A stretch of DNA of 64,000 nt from Balamuthia mandrillaris. Lineage: Eukaryota. The stretch is taken from assembly GCA_031835245.2 (NCBI GenBank), contig JAVKOQ020000072.1, positions 1 through 64,000 of the forward strand, in the 5' to 3' direction. Under the pieces are notes generated by a model that did no database searches, was not told where the DNA came from, and was given only the letters and a program-made list of their open reading frames with translations. This document shows positions 23,341-36,106 of this stretch, in pieces. The translations under genes were made by a program, and so were the position numbers. Numbering within the stretch: position 1 is the stretch's first letter; each line of letters opens with the position of its first letter.

Positions 23341-23865
23341 TGGCGTACTGCGCGATTCGCCACCAAATTGGAAACCAACACGATCCGAGATGAACGAATT
23401 TGCAAAGTGAGGGCCAACTCGAATCTCCATGATCCAATTTTACTAAATAAGTAAAATTGCAGCTTTACGAGGTTTTCCATTTTTATACGCATTGTGCCTT
23501 ATTTATCTTATGGAGTGCAGCGGAAAAGAAGAGGCGGAGATCGCCCGCTCGAGGCTCTGCTTCTGGAAACCTTGTTTTGTTGAAACCGAAGCAATAGCGC
23601 AGAGCTCCCATTCGGAAAACCATTTCGTGGTATTTTATGATTTTTTTTTTCAAAAGAACCCCCCTGCTCTCTGGGTGTGATCTTTTCTGCAGTTATCGCT
23701 TCCTCTGCTATTCGTCTCTGTTTCCCTTTTCGCTTTTTCTTTTTTCTAAACTCCTTCGAAGTAACGCACCCACGGTGGCACAGGTCCACTCCACCGAGTT
23801 GTGGAATAGTTTTTGTTTTTGTTTTTGTTTTCTTTTTCTTTATCTTGCTTTTTTATTTCGGGATA

Positions 23866-25267
23866 ATGACTGACCCCACCAAAGTTTTGATGGGGGATGA
23901 CGCTGCCAAGCAGCTTCAGAAGCGTGTTATAGTACAATGGTTACTTCTCCTCTCCCTCCCTTTCTATGTTTTGTTGGCCCTGACAACTGTTTTTTTTTTT
24001 CCGGGATCTTTTTTTTTTTTGAATTTTTGTGTTTCTCTTTCCCCATCCCACCCCACCCTTCCTTATATCTTGTGCTTGCTTTTTCTCACCCGTCACACTG
24101 AACCTTTTTCTTTCTTTTTGGCTGCAACCAGGCTGACCGAAAACTTTGAGCCTAAAAAGGGGACTACCATCGAAAAGTCCGCGTTGTATCAAGAGTATCT
24201 GGGCATGTGCAAAAAGCACAACCTCTCCCCGACCACCCCCTCCGCTTTTGGTCGGTTCGTCAGCATGGCCTTTCCCGGCAGGAAGAGCTGCAAAAGGGGT
24301 GCCAAGGGAACGGTCAAGCATCACTACAAAGACATACAGAGAAAGCGTTTCAAACGTTCCTTCAGGAAGACCGGCAAGTCTTTCTCGTCTTCAAAGAGAT
24401 CCCCTCCCGTTTCCCCGCTTCCATCTTCTGCCACTTATACTGAGGACGAGCCTTCTTCTGGTGACAGCCCGAGGGACGGAACGCGTTCTGGACGGGACAC
24501 ACCCTCAGAAAAATACTCCCCGCCGTCGACCTCACCGCCTTCTCGCTCTTCCCTCACACATGGTTTTTCTTCCTCTTCTGCCTCTTCTTCCTGTGCTTCG
24601 TCTCTACACACCTCACCCCGGTTTTCTTCTATTTCTTCTTTGCCTTATTCTTCGTCGTCAACTTCTTCTTCTGCTTCTACTTCTTCGTCTTTGGCTTCCT
24701 CCATGGAGCAACAAGCAAACCTAAAAATAACGTCAACGGTCGCCCGGGCGTTCTACGATGACAGGTTTTCTCTTCCTCGTTGTGCCTCAGCCCCGCCGAG
24801 TTGCCGCGTTTTGTCTCATCCCATGGAGCCATGCTCTTCTCTTACCTCGAACTACGACGTACCCTACTCGGCATCCTGCCATCTTTGGGGTCAAAGCGTT
24901 TACGGCAATGCCTACGCTCATTGTCTCCAAAAGCAGCCTCCTCCTCCTTCTCCCTCTTCTTCTTTTGCTTCTTCTCCCTCTTTTAGGGCTCGGTCTGGCC
25001 CAGCTTTTGAGCGAAAGCTCATGCGTTGCTGGTCATTACCCTCCGAACAATACACTCCCACAACATCGGTACAAGCAACAAGATCAGGAGTAAGCACTAA
25101 TACACTACCCCCTCCTCCTTCTTCTGGTTATTGTCGTTGTACGGAGCACTGTGGCGATGCAACCAACCGTCAACAACGGCCTAAGTTTGCACCCGATGGG
25201 CATTCAATGCCCTACCCCTATTTCCGGACTCCTAGTCCCGGTAGGTCTTCTTCCTTTTCTCTAGTAC

Positions 25268-25313
<46 letters not shown>

Positions 25314-25963
25314 GCTAACTTGTTTGTATGCAGCATCGAGAACATTCTCAACAAGGATATGTAGGACACGAGTCCATGCCAGAGCTGATAGTTCGGCCTG
25401 GTGGTGGTAGTCCCGGACACGAAGGATATGTTGGTGGTGCCGAGGACCAGTTGTACCATCCTATGGACAGACCATCACCTTATGGACCTTCCTGGTTGGT
25501 ATGCCGTGCAGAGGAGCCACCCCCTTATCGAGACGTACCTGTCGCTGCCGGAGACGAGGACGAGTGCCAGTGGGTTGCCTGGGATGACCCAGCTTCACAT
25601 GAACCCATCTGTGGGCCACAAGCCAAACGGCCTTTCGCCCTTCAGGACACACGTGCCTATCCTGGTGGAGCAGTACCGCTAGAGACACAACCTTTTGGGG
25701 TTGTAAAAGCGGCATCACCGGACGCGAAGGCCTCACCCCCTGCACCTCATCCGCACCCCGATACACGCCACCTGGTGCCCTCTGTAAATGTCAGCAGTTC
25801 TGCTGCTCATCGTCATTGCCGGCAGGAGGAAGAGTTTGAGGAGGACACCACCACCACCCAACGTCAGGAATCACTCCTCTGGCCCGAATACACTGGTCGA
25901 GAAGAGGAGCCTCCTTATCCTTTTCTTTCTTTGTACACGGATGCCGAGTTTGCTTGGTTTTAA
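23866..25963 (+). CDS. RFX-type winged-helix transcription factor
   Basis: Spliced QW-LTENFEPKKGTTIEKSALYQEYLGMCKKHNLSPTTPSAFGRFVSMAFPGRKSCKRGAKGTVKHHYKDI matches the RFX DNA-binding domain; long S/P-rich tail. Confidence 0.85.
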
Positions 25964-26269
25964 ATTAACCGTTTATTAAAATTCAAAAAAGTTCAAACCT
26001 TTCGTCCAATGAGCCTGCTCCGGAGTTGGTTGACTATCAGACGATTGGTTGCCAACCAAAAAATTCATTGAATGGGGAATAATCTGAAAATATATGAAAA
26101 TATCGACGATTTTTGAAAGCAGCTGATACATTTCGTATTTGCGGACACTATTATTTTTGTAGACAGAAGAAGAGAAGAAAAAGACGTGCGTGAGATCGGC
26201 GTGCCTGCCTCGCTCTCAAACTCAGAGAGGTAACCAGCGGTTCGCTCTTAAGAGAAGTGAAGAGGAGAG

Positions 26270-28395
26270 ATGGCTGCTGTTGCAAACAAAAACAACGCGG
26301 CGGTGGACAGTGCAGCAGCGCTTGCCAAGCACAAGGTGAACGTGGAGAAGAGGATATTCCGGCTGCAAGAACTGCTGTTAGAAGGAGAGGAGGACACCAT
26401 CACGAACGACCTCATGATCGAATGCGTATGTGTGCCTTTTTTTTGTGTCAAGCAATCACTTTGCAAGGGAACATGTTTAACGTTGAAAGCTTCCACTGTT
26501 ATTTCGCAAAGGCTTCTTTGTTTCTACCAGCGCACTATGGAGATGTGGTAGTGGAGCGAGCCATCGCAGACCGTTGTGGCTTCCCGTTGTGCTTCAAACC
26601 GCTGCCGCACAACGTGCGCGTTCGTGCCTCATCTCTGTTCTTCTCCTCTTTCTTCGCTGCTCTGCTTCTCTGGCTACTCTGCCCTCTTCTCTGCTTCTCG
26701 CGTTCTGCTCTTATGACAAAACTGATTTGGTGCATCTGCACAGAAAACGCCCACAAAGGTAAAATACAGAGTTTCTCTCGCACAAAAGAAGGTCTACGAC
26801 GTCTCCGAGCGGCTAAACTACTGCAGCGAGGAGTGTCTCATTGCCTCCAAGCTCTACGAGTCCCAACTTTCGGATGTGGCTCCACATCTTCGCTCTATCG
26901 CCAGTACGAATCCTCCTCCTATCCTTTTGCAAGGTGCCATCACTGAGAGGGGCCATACTCTGCCTGCCGAGATGGACGGCGCTGCAATGACAGCTGTGGT
27001 AGGAAAAGCAGGCAGCATCGAAGGCTATGTTCCCCTTTCTCAAAGGCAAACAACACCAAAGAGTAACACACAACAGGTGCAAGAACGACCAAAGTCGGAA
27101 AGCAAGTCCAATAACACGCAACCACCACCACCAATACAACAACGACAACAACGTCAACAGCAATCACCACCTAAACTGAAGCAAGAAGAAAGACAGATGT
27201 CGGTTGATACGAAGAGAGCAGAAGCAACAGAATCACAAAAGGAAAAAGAAACGGATAAGCAAAAGGGAAATGGAGATGAGTTGATGGAGCGGTTTGGAGG
27301 GTTGCGGATCTCCGATGAAGCAATGGCGCTTAAGAAGCGAATGGAAACTCGACCAAAAGCACAACCTATTTCTTTCGAAGATGTAAAATCATTGCAACAA
27401 CAAGAGCTGGCTGCGCGGGAGCGCTTCGCCGTCAACAAAGCTCAATCTACCCTTGCCACAGCTGTTGTAGTTGTCAACAAGCCAGCAAACAAACAACAAG
27501 AAGTACGAGCGGAAGAAGGGCATGTATCATCTAATATGAATACTGAACTCGATTCGGAGGAAGAAGAGGAAGAAAGCGAAGACGAGACTGAAGACGACGT
27601 CAGTGGAGATGAGATGGACTTTTGGTACAAACCTTCCAAAGTTAAACCAAAAACCTTCTCTCTGTTCATTCAACTGTGGGAAGCACTCTCCACTTGGTGC
27701 ACTCCTGCTACTCTCCAGTTTCTACATCCTTCCGCTGCGTCAACTAACACCTCGATCATCGATGATGAGAAAGACCTGTGGGGCTCACACATAGATGATG
27801 AAAAGGAGGATGAAGACGATATTGTTCTTCCTGTTGTGGATTCTGTTCATACAGCGGCCTTGAAGAAGAAGCTTATTCTATCGACGATAAACGAGCGGCT
27901 CTCTCAATTACTGCTTCGTGACCTTCGTTGTTCCGGTTTTTCTATCGGCAGTGTAGAACGAGAAAGTATTTTTTTTCATCCCTCGCTTTTCTCGCTCTTT
28001 TTATTACGCTTGTGTTATCTGTTTTTTTTTTTTTTTTCGCTTCTAACCTTGTCTTTCCTGTACAGTTGCAGACATGGTAGCAACACTGTATGTCAGAGAT
28101 GCTTTGGATGCCTTTTCTTCCAAACATTGGCTTGTGGTCACACTTCTCTTTTCCGAAATGTTCGTTCCTTTTGTGTTGCTCATATCTTTATTTCTCCTCG
28201 TTTTCTCTTCTCTTCACGATTCCCCATTCTTATTTTAAATACAGCATAAGCAATAGGATACCGGAACTGAAAGCACAATTGCACGATGCAGAAGTTCAAA
28301 GAAAATGCGAATGGATTCTTTTCCAATGCGGTGTGGACCCATCTAGCGAATGGCCAGTTCTGCTTTCAATCTTTAAGCCCAAGCTACAAGCATGA
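26270..28395 (+). CDS. RPAP2: RNA polymerase II-associated protein 2 / Rtr1-like CTD phosphatase
   Basis: HYGDVVVERAIADRCGFPLC and YRVSLAQKKVYDVSERLNYCSEECLIASKLY; later FSLFIQLWEALSTW motif. Confidence 0.88.
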
Positions 28396-28431
28396 ATGAG
28401 CGTTGATTATAAGTGGTTCAAAGGCTTATCC

Positions 28432-28470
<39 letters not shown>

Positions 28471-28909
28471 GGAACATCGATTCGTTTTGCTCAAAGGCTC
28501 ATTTTCGTCAATTTACTGAAGTTGGTTCAGTTCATTCAATTGTCTTCTTTGAATTGACGGAATTGATAAAGAGTGACGCCCTGTTCTTCAACACCACCCA
28601 ATGCTCGCATAGGGTCAAATCCTCATTGCTTTTACTCAAAGTAAAGAAATGCTCGAAAGAAATGTTGCCTCTTCTTGCCGAAAGTCTCCAGACTCCTTTT
28701 CTGCGAGAGTGTTAAATATTAAGGGCTTTACTTGCCCGGAAAGTGCGCGAGAAGGTAGACAAGTCGCACGTTTGACCCACGCCTGTCCGTTGCCACTCAC
28801 TTTTTTTCTCCGAACAATTCTTCCCGATATATTGTAGACACTACAAAAAAAAATCAAAAAGAAGAAAAGCAAAAAAAAAAAAAAGAGCAAAGGAGAAGGA
28901 CGCCACACC

Positions 28910-29131
28910 ATGGGCAAACAAAACGGGCAAAGAGCACAACAAAAGCGGGAGCGGAATGCCAAGAAGACGGCCGCTAAAACAAAAGGCGCAAGCCAACTGA
29001 AGAGCAACGAAAAAGCGAAAACCATTCAGTGCCAGATTTGCAAGGTACTTGGAGAACTTTCGCTGGCGCAGAAGAGAAGAGAGCGAGAAAGGGGAGGGAG
29101 GCAGGGAGGGGGGGAGAGAGAGAAGAGAGAC

Positions 29132-29168
<37 letters not shown>

Positions 29169-29343
29169 GGGGAAAGAGAGGGAGGTTTTTGAGGAATGAC
29201 CCCAACACTTGTTCACTTAAAAAAAAAAACAGCAAACGTTCCTTTGTACGACAAAGGCTGCGGAGCTCAAATCTCATGCTGAGGGCCGACACACAAAGTT
29301 GCCCTTGGAGCAAGCCTTCCCAGACATTGCCCAATACGAATGA
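28910..29343 (+). CDS. Small basic C2H2 zinc-finger protein (ZNF706/At2g23090-like), 2 exons
   Basis: MGKQNGQRAQQKRERNAKK...SQLKSNEKAKTIQCQICK-QTFLCTTKAAELKSHAEGRHTKLPLEQAFP. Confidence 0.88.
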
Positions 29344-30003
29344 ATGAATGTCCTCCTTTTTTGATCAACGAACCCCTTCCATGAACAAATCGTCGTTTTC
29401 TTTCAACGACTGTAAACAGAAAGAAACAACACAATTGAACCACCTCCCCTTTGCTAGCATGGAACCTCCTTCTTACTCTTTTCCTCCGCAGTAATCGTCC
29501 CTCTTTGTGTTTTTTGGTTTAAAACATGTCGCGGGTGGCTTCCTCTGGGCGAGCATTTCGAGTGGTGATAGAAAAAAAGCAAGAGACATAATAACACACG
29601 CACACCATTACCAAGAAGAGCAGCATGCCCTCCCTCCCCTCCTACTTTTGAGCACCACCGGCCTTGAGCTAAAAGGGGGAGGGCTGCCGAACAGGCGTAT
29701 CTCCGCTCTACAGACGTATGCGAGATCTAAGGCTTTGTTCCTTCCGCAAACAGGCCCCTGCCTTTGCCCCTTTCTCCTTCCTCACTCGTGGCTTCCATCA
29801 TCCTCCTTGTTCAATGGAGCGGAAAAATGCGAGCAATGGATTTTTGTCGACACACATGATCTCCCTAAGAGGAGACGAAACCCTCTTTAGGAAAAAAACC
29901 GGAAATTTTGTTTTTTGGTTGGTGGTTTGAAATTTTTGTCTAAGATCAGATCATTGATTCCGTCGACAGACAAAGACACCAAAAAAAAAAAAAAAAAGAA
30001 AAA

Positions 30004-31158
30004 ATGAAAACAGGAAAACAACAAGAGGAGAGCAAGCCCAAGTTGCCGACGCCGAACCTTGCCCACTTTACCAGGGAGGACTACGAGAAGATCTACGAAC
30101 CTGCTGAGGACACGTTTCTTTTCCTGGATGCACTGGAAGCGGAACAGGAATTCTTGACGGCACTTCGGCCCAACCTGTGCCTCGAACTTGGGTAGTGTGC
30201 TACTTTTTTTTTTGGTTTTTTGATGCGATTTGTTGGTTATAACTGATTGTTTTTTTTTTGGCTTTGAACCTTGTTTTAGGTCAGGCAGTGGATGTGTCAT
30301 TTGCTTCTTGGCTTCCATGTTGAAGAGCCAACGGCTTGCCCCTGTTTTCTTGGCCATTGATGTTAACCACGAGGCAACATTTGCCACTCAGCAAACGGCC
30401 AAAGCCAATAATGTACGAGACAAACACTGCTTCCTCTAGTTATTATTCTTCTTCTTCTCCTTCTTCTCCTTCTACTTCTGCTGCTGATTCGTCATCAGCC
30501 AACTCTTCCTTCTCATACTTCTTTGCTCCTCCTTCTCGCTTGCTTGTTCGGTTATGTTATTTTCAAAGGTTTCAATAGAAGGAATAAGGACAGATTTGTT
30601 TACTGGCTTGGAGCCTCGGTTGCATGGCCTGGTGGACGTTCTTCTGTTCAATCCTCCTTATGTACCTTCTGAAGCTGAAGAGGTGGGCACCAGGGATGTC
30701 TGTGCCGCATGGGCTGGAGGCAAAGACGGCAGGGAAGTGCTGGATCGTGTTTTGCCGTTGGTAGCTGTAAGTTTTCTGTACATTTCTCGGTGCTGCATAA
30801 CGACTTATTATCCTGAAGAACTTATTATCAGAAAGGGGAGTATTTTACTTGGTGGCCATCGATGAGAACAACCCAAAGGATATTCGAGCTATCATGTCTC
30901 GTTCTGGTTTTGCTTCTTCGGTACAGTTTGCTTCTTTTTTTTTCTTTCGTTCTTCGTTCTTCGTTCTTCGTTCTTCGTTCTTCGTTCTTCGTTCTTCGTT
31001 CTTCGTTCTTCGTTCTTCGTTCTTCGTTCTTCGTTCTTCGTTATTGGACGTAATAGCTAAAGCCCCATTGTGTGCAGATTGTTCTCCAACGACGGGCGTT
31101 CAACGAGCAGTTGTACATTATCAAGTTTCAGCGTCGCCATAAGAAAACGAGTGAATGA
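30004..31158 (+). CDS. N6AMT1: HemK2/N6AMT1 (Mtq2) eRF1 methyltransferase
   Basis: IYEPAEDTFLFLDALE, LELGSGSG, DVLLFNPPYVPS, AWAGGKDGREV, RRAFNEQL. Confidence 0.93.
30946..31042. repeat. Intronic heptamer (TTCGTTC)n
   Basis: Directly visible. Confidence 0.95.
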
Positions 31159-31207
31159 ATTGTTAATCTGTATTGGTACACCAATAACCTGTTTTGTTGA
31201 AGTTGCT

Positions 31208-32004
31208 TCAACAAAAACCTTCCGCAAGGAGCTTTAACGAGTCTTTTGTTACTTCCCAGCGTTGGCCACTTCCCTCTACGACACGACACCACGACTCACT
31301 GATCAACACAAAACCGCCTTCCTCCGCTTCCTTCTTTTGAAAGCGGTAGGAAAAGCCGCCATACATACCCGGCACCGGAAACCAAAACGTGGTTCCTGTC
31401 TCAGCTACTGGCTCCAACTCTGGCAGGCGCAACTTCTGCAACACCCCAAAAAAAATGAAAGACGAACGTAAGAAACAGGTACAACAAGAGCCGAGAGGAC
31501 AGAGTAAAGTACCTCCTTTGTGACAAAGGAAGAAGCTATCTTGTGGATAAGCTCATGAAAACGTTTCTGGATGAGCTCCAAATCTTCCTGGGGAATTGCC
31601 ACTTGAAACTGGGGTTCAAGCAAAGGGATGATGGCTGGATGGTTCTGCATCTTGGCCAGGTCCACCGGTCGCTTCCCTTGTCCGTTGCGAACGGACTTCC
31701 ACGCTCCAAAGGAGAGCACGTCCTCTATGACCTCAGTGGAGGCACCCGCAAAGGCGGCATAGTGAAGAGGCGTCCAGAAGGCGGTGTCCCCTTCCTGTTC
31801 TTTCCTCAGCTCTCCCCCTTCCTCTGTTCCTGCCAAACGCCAAATGTTGGGACTGATGGTTGCATCTTCGTGGAGGAGCATGAGCAGGTCGTCCCAGCGA
31901 GACTCTTGGGCCGCGTCCAAGGCGTCGTGGCGGGCTTTCACCGCATCGGCACGGTAGGTGGAGGTCAGCGTGCCGCCTTCCCACTGGCTCCTGTGTGTGG
32001 CCAT
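31208..32004 (-). CDS. Ankyrin-repeat protein with bacterial-type conserved C-terminal domain (intron 31436-31512)
   Basis: WTPLHYAAFAGASTEVIEDVLSFGA...GKRPVDLA ankyrin; C-terminus LRLPELEP...WFPVPGMYGGFSY...SESWCRVVEGSGQRWEVT...LAEGF. Confidence 0.8.
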
Positions 32005-32226
32005 GTTTTTTCTGTTCCTTCTTGCTTTCTCCTGTCGACAAAAATTTATGATTTCCTGTTGGTTGATCTGAATATTTGATCTTCATCGTACGGGTCGACA
32101 CGCGGATGTACTGTTGGGACGACACGAGGAGAGAACCAATTTCCCTGAACCCTTCTGCTACTCTTTTCCTTTCCTTTTTTTTTTTTTCTTTTTTGCGCTA
32201 CGAGATCAAAACAAATAAACACGCTC

Positions 32227-34061
32227 ATGCAAACAGCTCTGGACAGTCTTTTCTTTGGAACCGGGGGCAGTGGTAGTGGCTCCTTTCAAGTGGAGGAGGA
32301 CGACGACTTTGACTTTGGTTACTTTGCCAAAGCGAACACTGCCGCCACCGCGCTTTCAGCTTCGCACCAACAACACAACTATTATTCTCTTCGTGATTCT
32401 GATGAGGGTCTGTAATGTGCTTGCGTTATTCTTTTTTCTGATACGTTGTTTATTGTGAGCATAAAGCCAACTCTTTCGTTCGTCTCTTCCCAACAACAGA
32501 TCGAGACGAAAGAGCCCTACTACCCCCAACTCACACGTTGCCTCCAACGAACCCGCTGCGCTACGAATTTGGCGAAAATGGGGATGACGACTTCGTCGCT
32601 ACGTTTTTCACAAATGAGCCCCAACAGCAACTGCCTACAATGCAAACGGCCGAGGATGAAGATCGGGACAACGATCGAAGAACGGGAAGACAGCAGCAAC
32701 CGTGTTTGCCGCTTGCCGAGTGGGAAGCGCCCACGGCAATGTACAGGCTCCCTCGCGAAGAGGGAGACTCTGCTGACCACTGGACCTACTCTTTCACAGA
32801 GGGTTTAGCGTTCCCCTCGTCTTCCGCATCACTTGAAGAAGAAGAACAGAGGAGAGAAGAAGCGAAACAAAAAGAAGCTGAACTTCTACGTCAATTGCTA
32901 CCTGACGCTAAACAAGAACAACAACCGCAGCAAGAAGAAGAAAGAACGGCCAACGACAGTGCTGCTTGGCAACAACTGATGCCATTGTTGGTTGTCCCGC
33001 AGGTAACCATCAAAGCAGAAGTGGAAGAAGAACTTCAAGTCCAAACGAACCAGTTTTATACACACGAAGAAGAAAAACAACAGATGGAAGGCTTCTTTCA
33101 ACAGCTTGAAGCGCAGCTACAAGCCGTCACATTGCAACCTCCAGAACCTCCTCTTACCTCTCCTTCTGTATATGACATGAACCTTCTTCCTCTCTCGTCT
33201 TCGTCTACTTCTTACCGACTCGAGATGGACATAGTTCCTTCTTCCACCGAATTAGTACCACCTTTCTCTCAAACGAAGAAGCAAGCAGGAAACAAGAGAA
33301 GCATAGATGAGCTACTCACAGCAGCAAAAACGGATACACCTTTTGCTTCTTCTCCTCTTCCTTTGATTCAACCAACTCCCCTCAAACGTCAACGCTCATT
33401 TCCTCCTCCCTCCATTCCTACCCTCGTCTCTCCTATCTTCAAAGGAGTTCCTCTTTCTCCTCCTCCTTCGTGTTCGTCTTCTCCCATTAACATCATCAAC
33501 AATGACAACCATCATGACAATACCTCAAACGAGGAAACGAAGCTTGAAGTAAACCTGTTGCAAAGAACAAGAGCGTCGTCCGGTCGATGGATTCCTGTTC
33601 AGTCCAACGATCGTCTTCGTGTCACAAAGGCAGTGGGCAAACGTTTTCGCCTTGAAGTCCGTTGTAACAGAGCTTTTCGTTGGGAGGAGATTGAATGTTC
33701 TCTGCTGGACCTCATTCCATATCCTCCACAACTGGTGGACTTTTGGGTGGATGGCTCTTCCTCCTCGTCTTCTTCGTCTTCTTCAAAGTATCAACATAGT
33801 CACCAATTGCAGCAACAACGAGTCGCTCTATTTGGATTGAAAGATGGAGTGCTGATTCCTACTTCCCCACTGATCCAGGAGGAGGTCCACGCCGGCGAGA
33901 AATGGTGGATTGGAGCAGTCGACATTCTTTTGAAGAACGTTGCTTCCTTGTTGCAGTTTCAAGTGCGAATGCCTGCTGCTTCGTTGGAGATGGTAGAGGC
34001 GAGAACTGTCTCGTTCATAACGCACGATAACGGCAAAGATGGAGGAAGACTTTTGCGCTAA
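32227..34061 (+). CDS. Hypothetical protein with acidic/Q/P-rich N-terminus and a globular C-terminal beta-rich domain
   Basis: Short first exon, intron ~32408-32499, then a >500-codon ORF; no family recognised. Confidence 0.7.
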
Positions 34062-34223
34062 GCAACCCTTTCTTTTTCTTTCTTTTCCCTCTTTTCTTTT
34101 GTCTTTGTATTTATTTATTTTATTTATTTGTAAAAAAAACGTAATTTTTTTTTTTTCTACATGTAAGATCGTATCAACACACTTCTTCTTCTTCTTCTTC
34201 TTCTTCTACTTCTGTCTGTTTGT

Positions 34224-34696
34224 TCAAGGAAGATCAGCAAGAGAGGGAGCAGGGCCTAGCATGAAGTGAAGAAGAAAGGAAAGGGTGAGAAACGAAGCAA
34301 AAAAATGAAAAAAAAAATGGAACGATTAGAATGATTACCGAAATCGCTCTTCTTTGGCTTTTGGTGTTGTCGTGCGAATTTGCCTTGGTTGCTCACGTCG
34401 CCCGAGTTGCCGGTGGCGGACCAGCTTTTTGTTCGTTGTCGATTGGGGAGGTTTTTTTTAGCCAAGGGCGTTTCCACTTTTCAAAAAGAAAAAGAAAAAA
34501 AGCCGACAAGAGAGAAAGACGTTACGTGGTTTTGCCTTTGATGATCTGTGGTTTGGGAGCTGGTTTGCCCATCTCCTCAAACTTGTTTTTGATGCTTCCC
34601 GCAGTTGCGGGTGCGCCTCCCACCTATATATATGTGTGTTTGTTTTTTCGTTTGTTTGTATTGATCCACATAGCATGAGGAAGAAAAGAAAAAGAA

Positions 34697-34731
<35 letters not shown>

Positions 34732-34790
34732 TGTGAGCAAACAAAAAAACGTACTCTTGGTTGATCCTTCCACGGATTGTTCGACGCCAT
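34224..34790 (-). CDS. Small four-exon protein (~83 aa) ending PAPSLADLP
   Basis: Three GT-AG introns join MASNNPWKDQPR, VGGAPATAGSIKNKFEEMGKP...KGKT, TWSATGNSGDVSNQGKF...SDF and GPAPSLADLP-stop in frame. Confidence 0.65.
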
Positions 34791-34970
34791 TGTCTCTCTT
34801 CAATCAATTGATTGTTTCTTGGTTCAAAAAAAAATTACAGAAAAAAATGAACTATATTTATTGGCTGTATTAAATGTTTGAATAATCGTGCACAGATCCT
34901 AAAATTCAATACGTGTTCAAAAAAATCATAATAATCGACATAAATATTACACTTTATCTATATCTCCCAC

Positions 34971-35951
34971 TTACCCGAAGCAAACAGGGCGGATGAGCTT
35001 GATGCGGTCATGGCCTTCATCCATCGCAACGCACGGCACAAGCTGCTGATCGCCCTTGGGCAACGGGAACTCCCCTTGCAACACCTTGTTCTTGTACAGC
35101 CTCACTTTGCCATCGATAAAGTCCAGCTGAATGCCCACCTTATCGCCCTGGCGGTAGCGTTCAGGCTCTTCGGATAAACGTTTGCCTGCTGCCCAATAAC
35201 CTCTCCTCCAGGATCCGTCCGAGTAGCAGTACAAATGAGGCTGCGAGAGGGTGTAGAAGGTGCGTTCTTGTGCAAGGGCTGCCACGCTGGTGGTAAACCC
35301 TACCCTCAGCTCCTGACCCATTCGCAGCACCTCAATCTCCCAGCCCACACGTCCTTTGCTGTAGGCTTTGTTGCCAAACACAAAAGTAATGTCTGGTCTG
35401 ATGTGTGTGCAAAGAAGCGTTCAGAAGAAGGACAAGAACGAGAACAGCAACCACAGCACAGCACAACGAAGAAGGACAAGGGACAGAAAAAACAAAAAGG
35501 TTGCAGGGATCACTCACGTGTTTGGTCGCTTGTCACACACTAAACCATTGTACACTATCTCGTCAGGAAAGTAGGAGGTATCCCACGTCCAATGGGCTGC
35601 CAGGGCCTCGTCTTGGTAGAAACTGAACCACGAGGAAGACGAGGCAGGCCTCGTGACCTTTTGGGGGGAGGAGCAGGAGAACAAATAACCAAAGTCGCGC
35701 TTGTAAAGGGCCTTCCAAAGGCGTGGATCTTGAGAGGCTTGTCGCCACTGTTTGTTGACCAGGGCTGCCGTGGTGCAGATGAACCGGGCGTCCAGGAACG
35801 ACAGCACTTTGGGGAAGAGGTCGTTGGACTCGAACAATCCGTTCAACGGGGAGCAACGAGAGCCGGCCTTGTCCTTGCCCTTCTTGCCCTTCTTCTTGAG
35901 CCTCTTCTGCTTCCTCTGCGCTTGCTTCCGGGTGGTGCGGTCTCCTTCCAT
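34971..35951 (-). CDS. F-box plus SPRY domain protein (2 exons)
   Basis: F-box LFPKVLSFLDARFICTTAALVNKQWRQASQDPRLW; SPRY GRVGWEIEV...GDKVGIQLDFIDGKVRLYKN...LVPCV. Confidence 0.85.
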
Positions 35952-36106
35952 GCTCCTATGTTGTCTGAAACCGTTTCACGCCGATATATTGATATCGAAA
36001 ATGAAAAAATACAGAATATTTCAAATTTTGAGAAAAGTCGATTGTTTGTTGGATGGCTAAAAATTATCGTTACAAAAAAAAAATAAAAAGAAAGAAGAGC
36101 TTAAGC

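Noticed and set aside
23146..23430. 94-aa minus-strand ORF as a possible first exon of the CASTOR-like gene
   Set aside because: The CASTOR-like N-terminus starts cleanly at 23143; this ORF has no motif and lies in the promoter.
28551..28562. GAATTGACGGAA matches a conserved SSU rRNA segment; possible C/D snoRNA guide on the minus strand
   Set aside because: No C box upstream and no canonical D box next to the guide; a 12-mer match can be chance.
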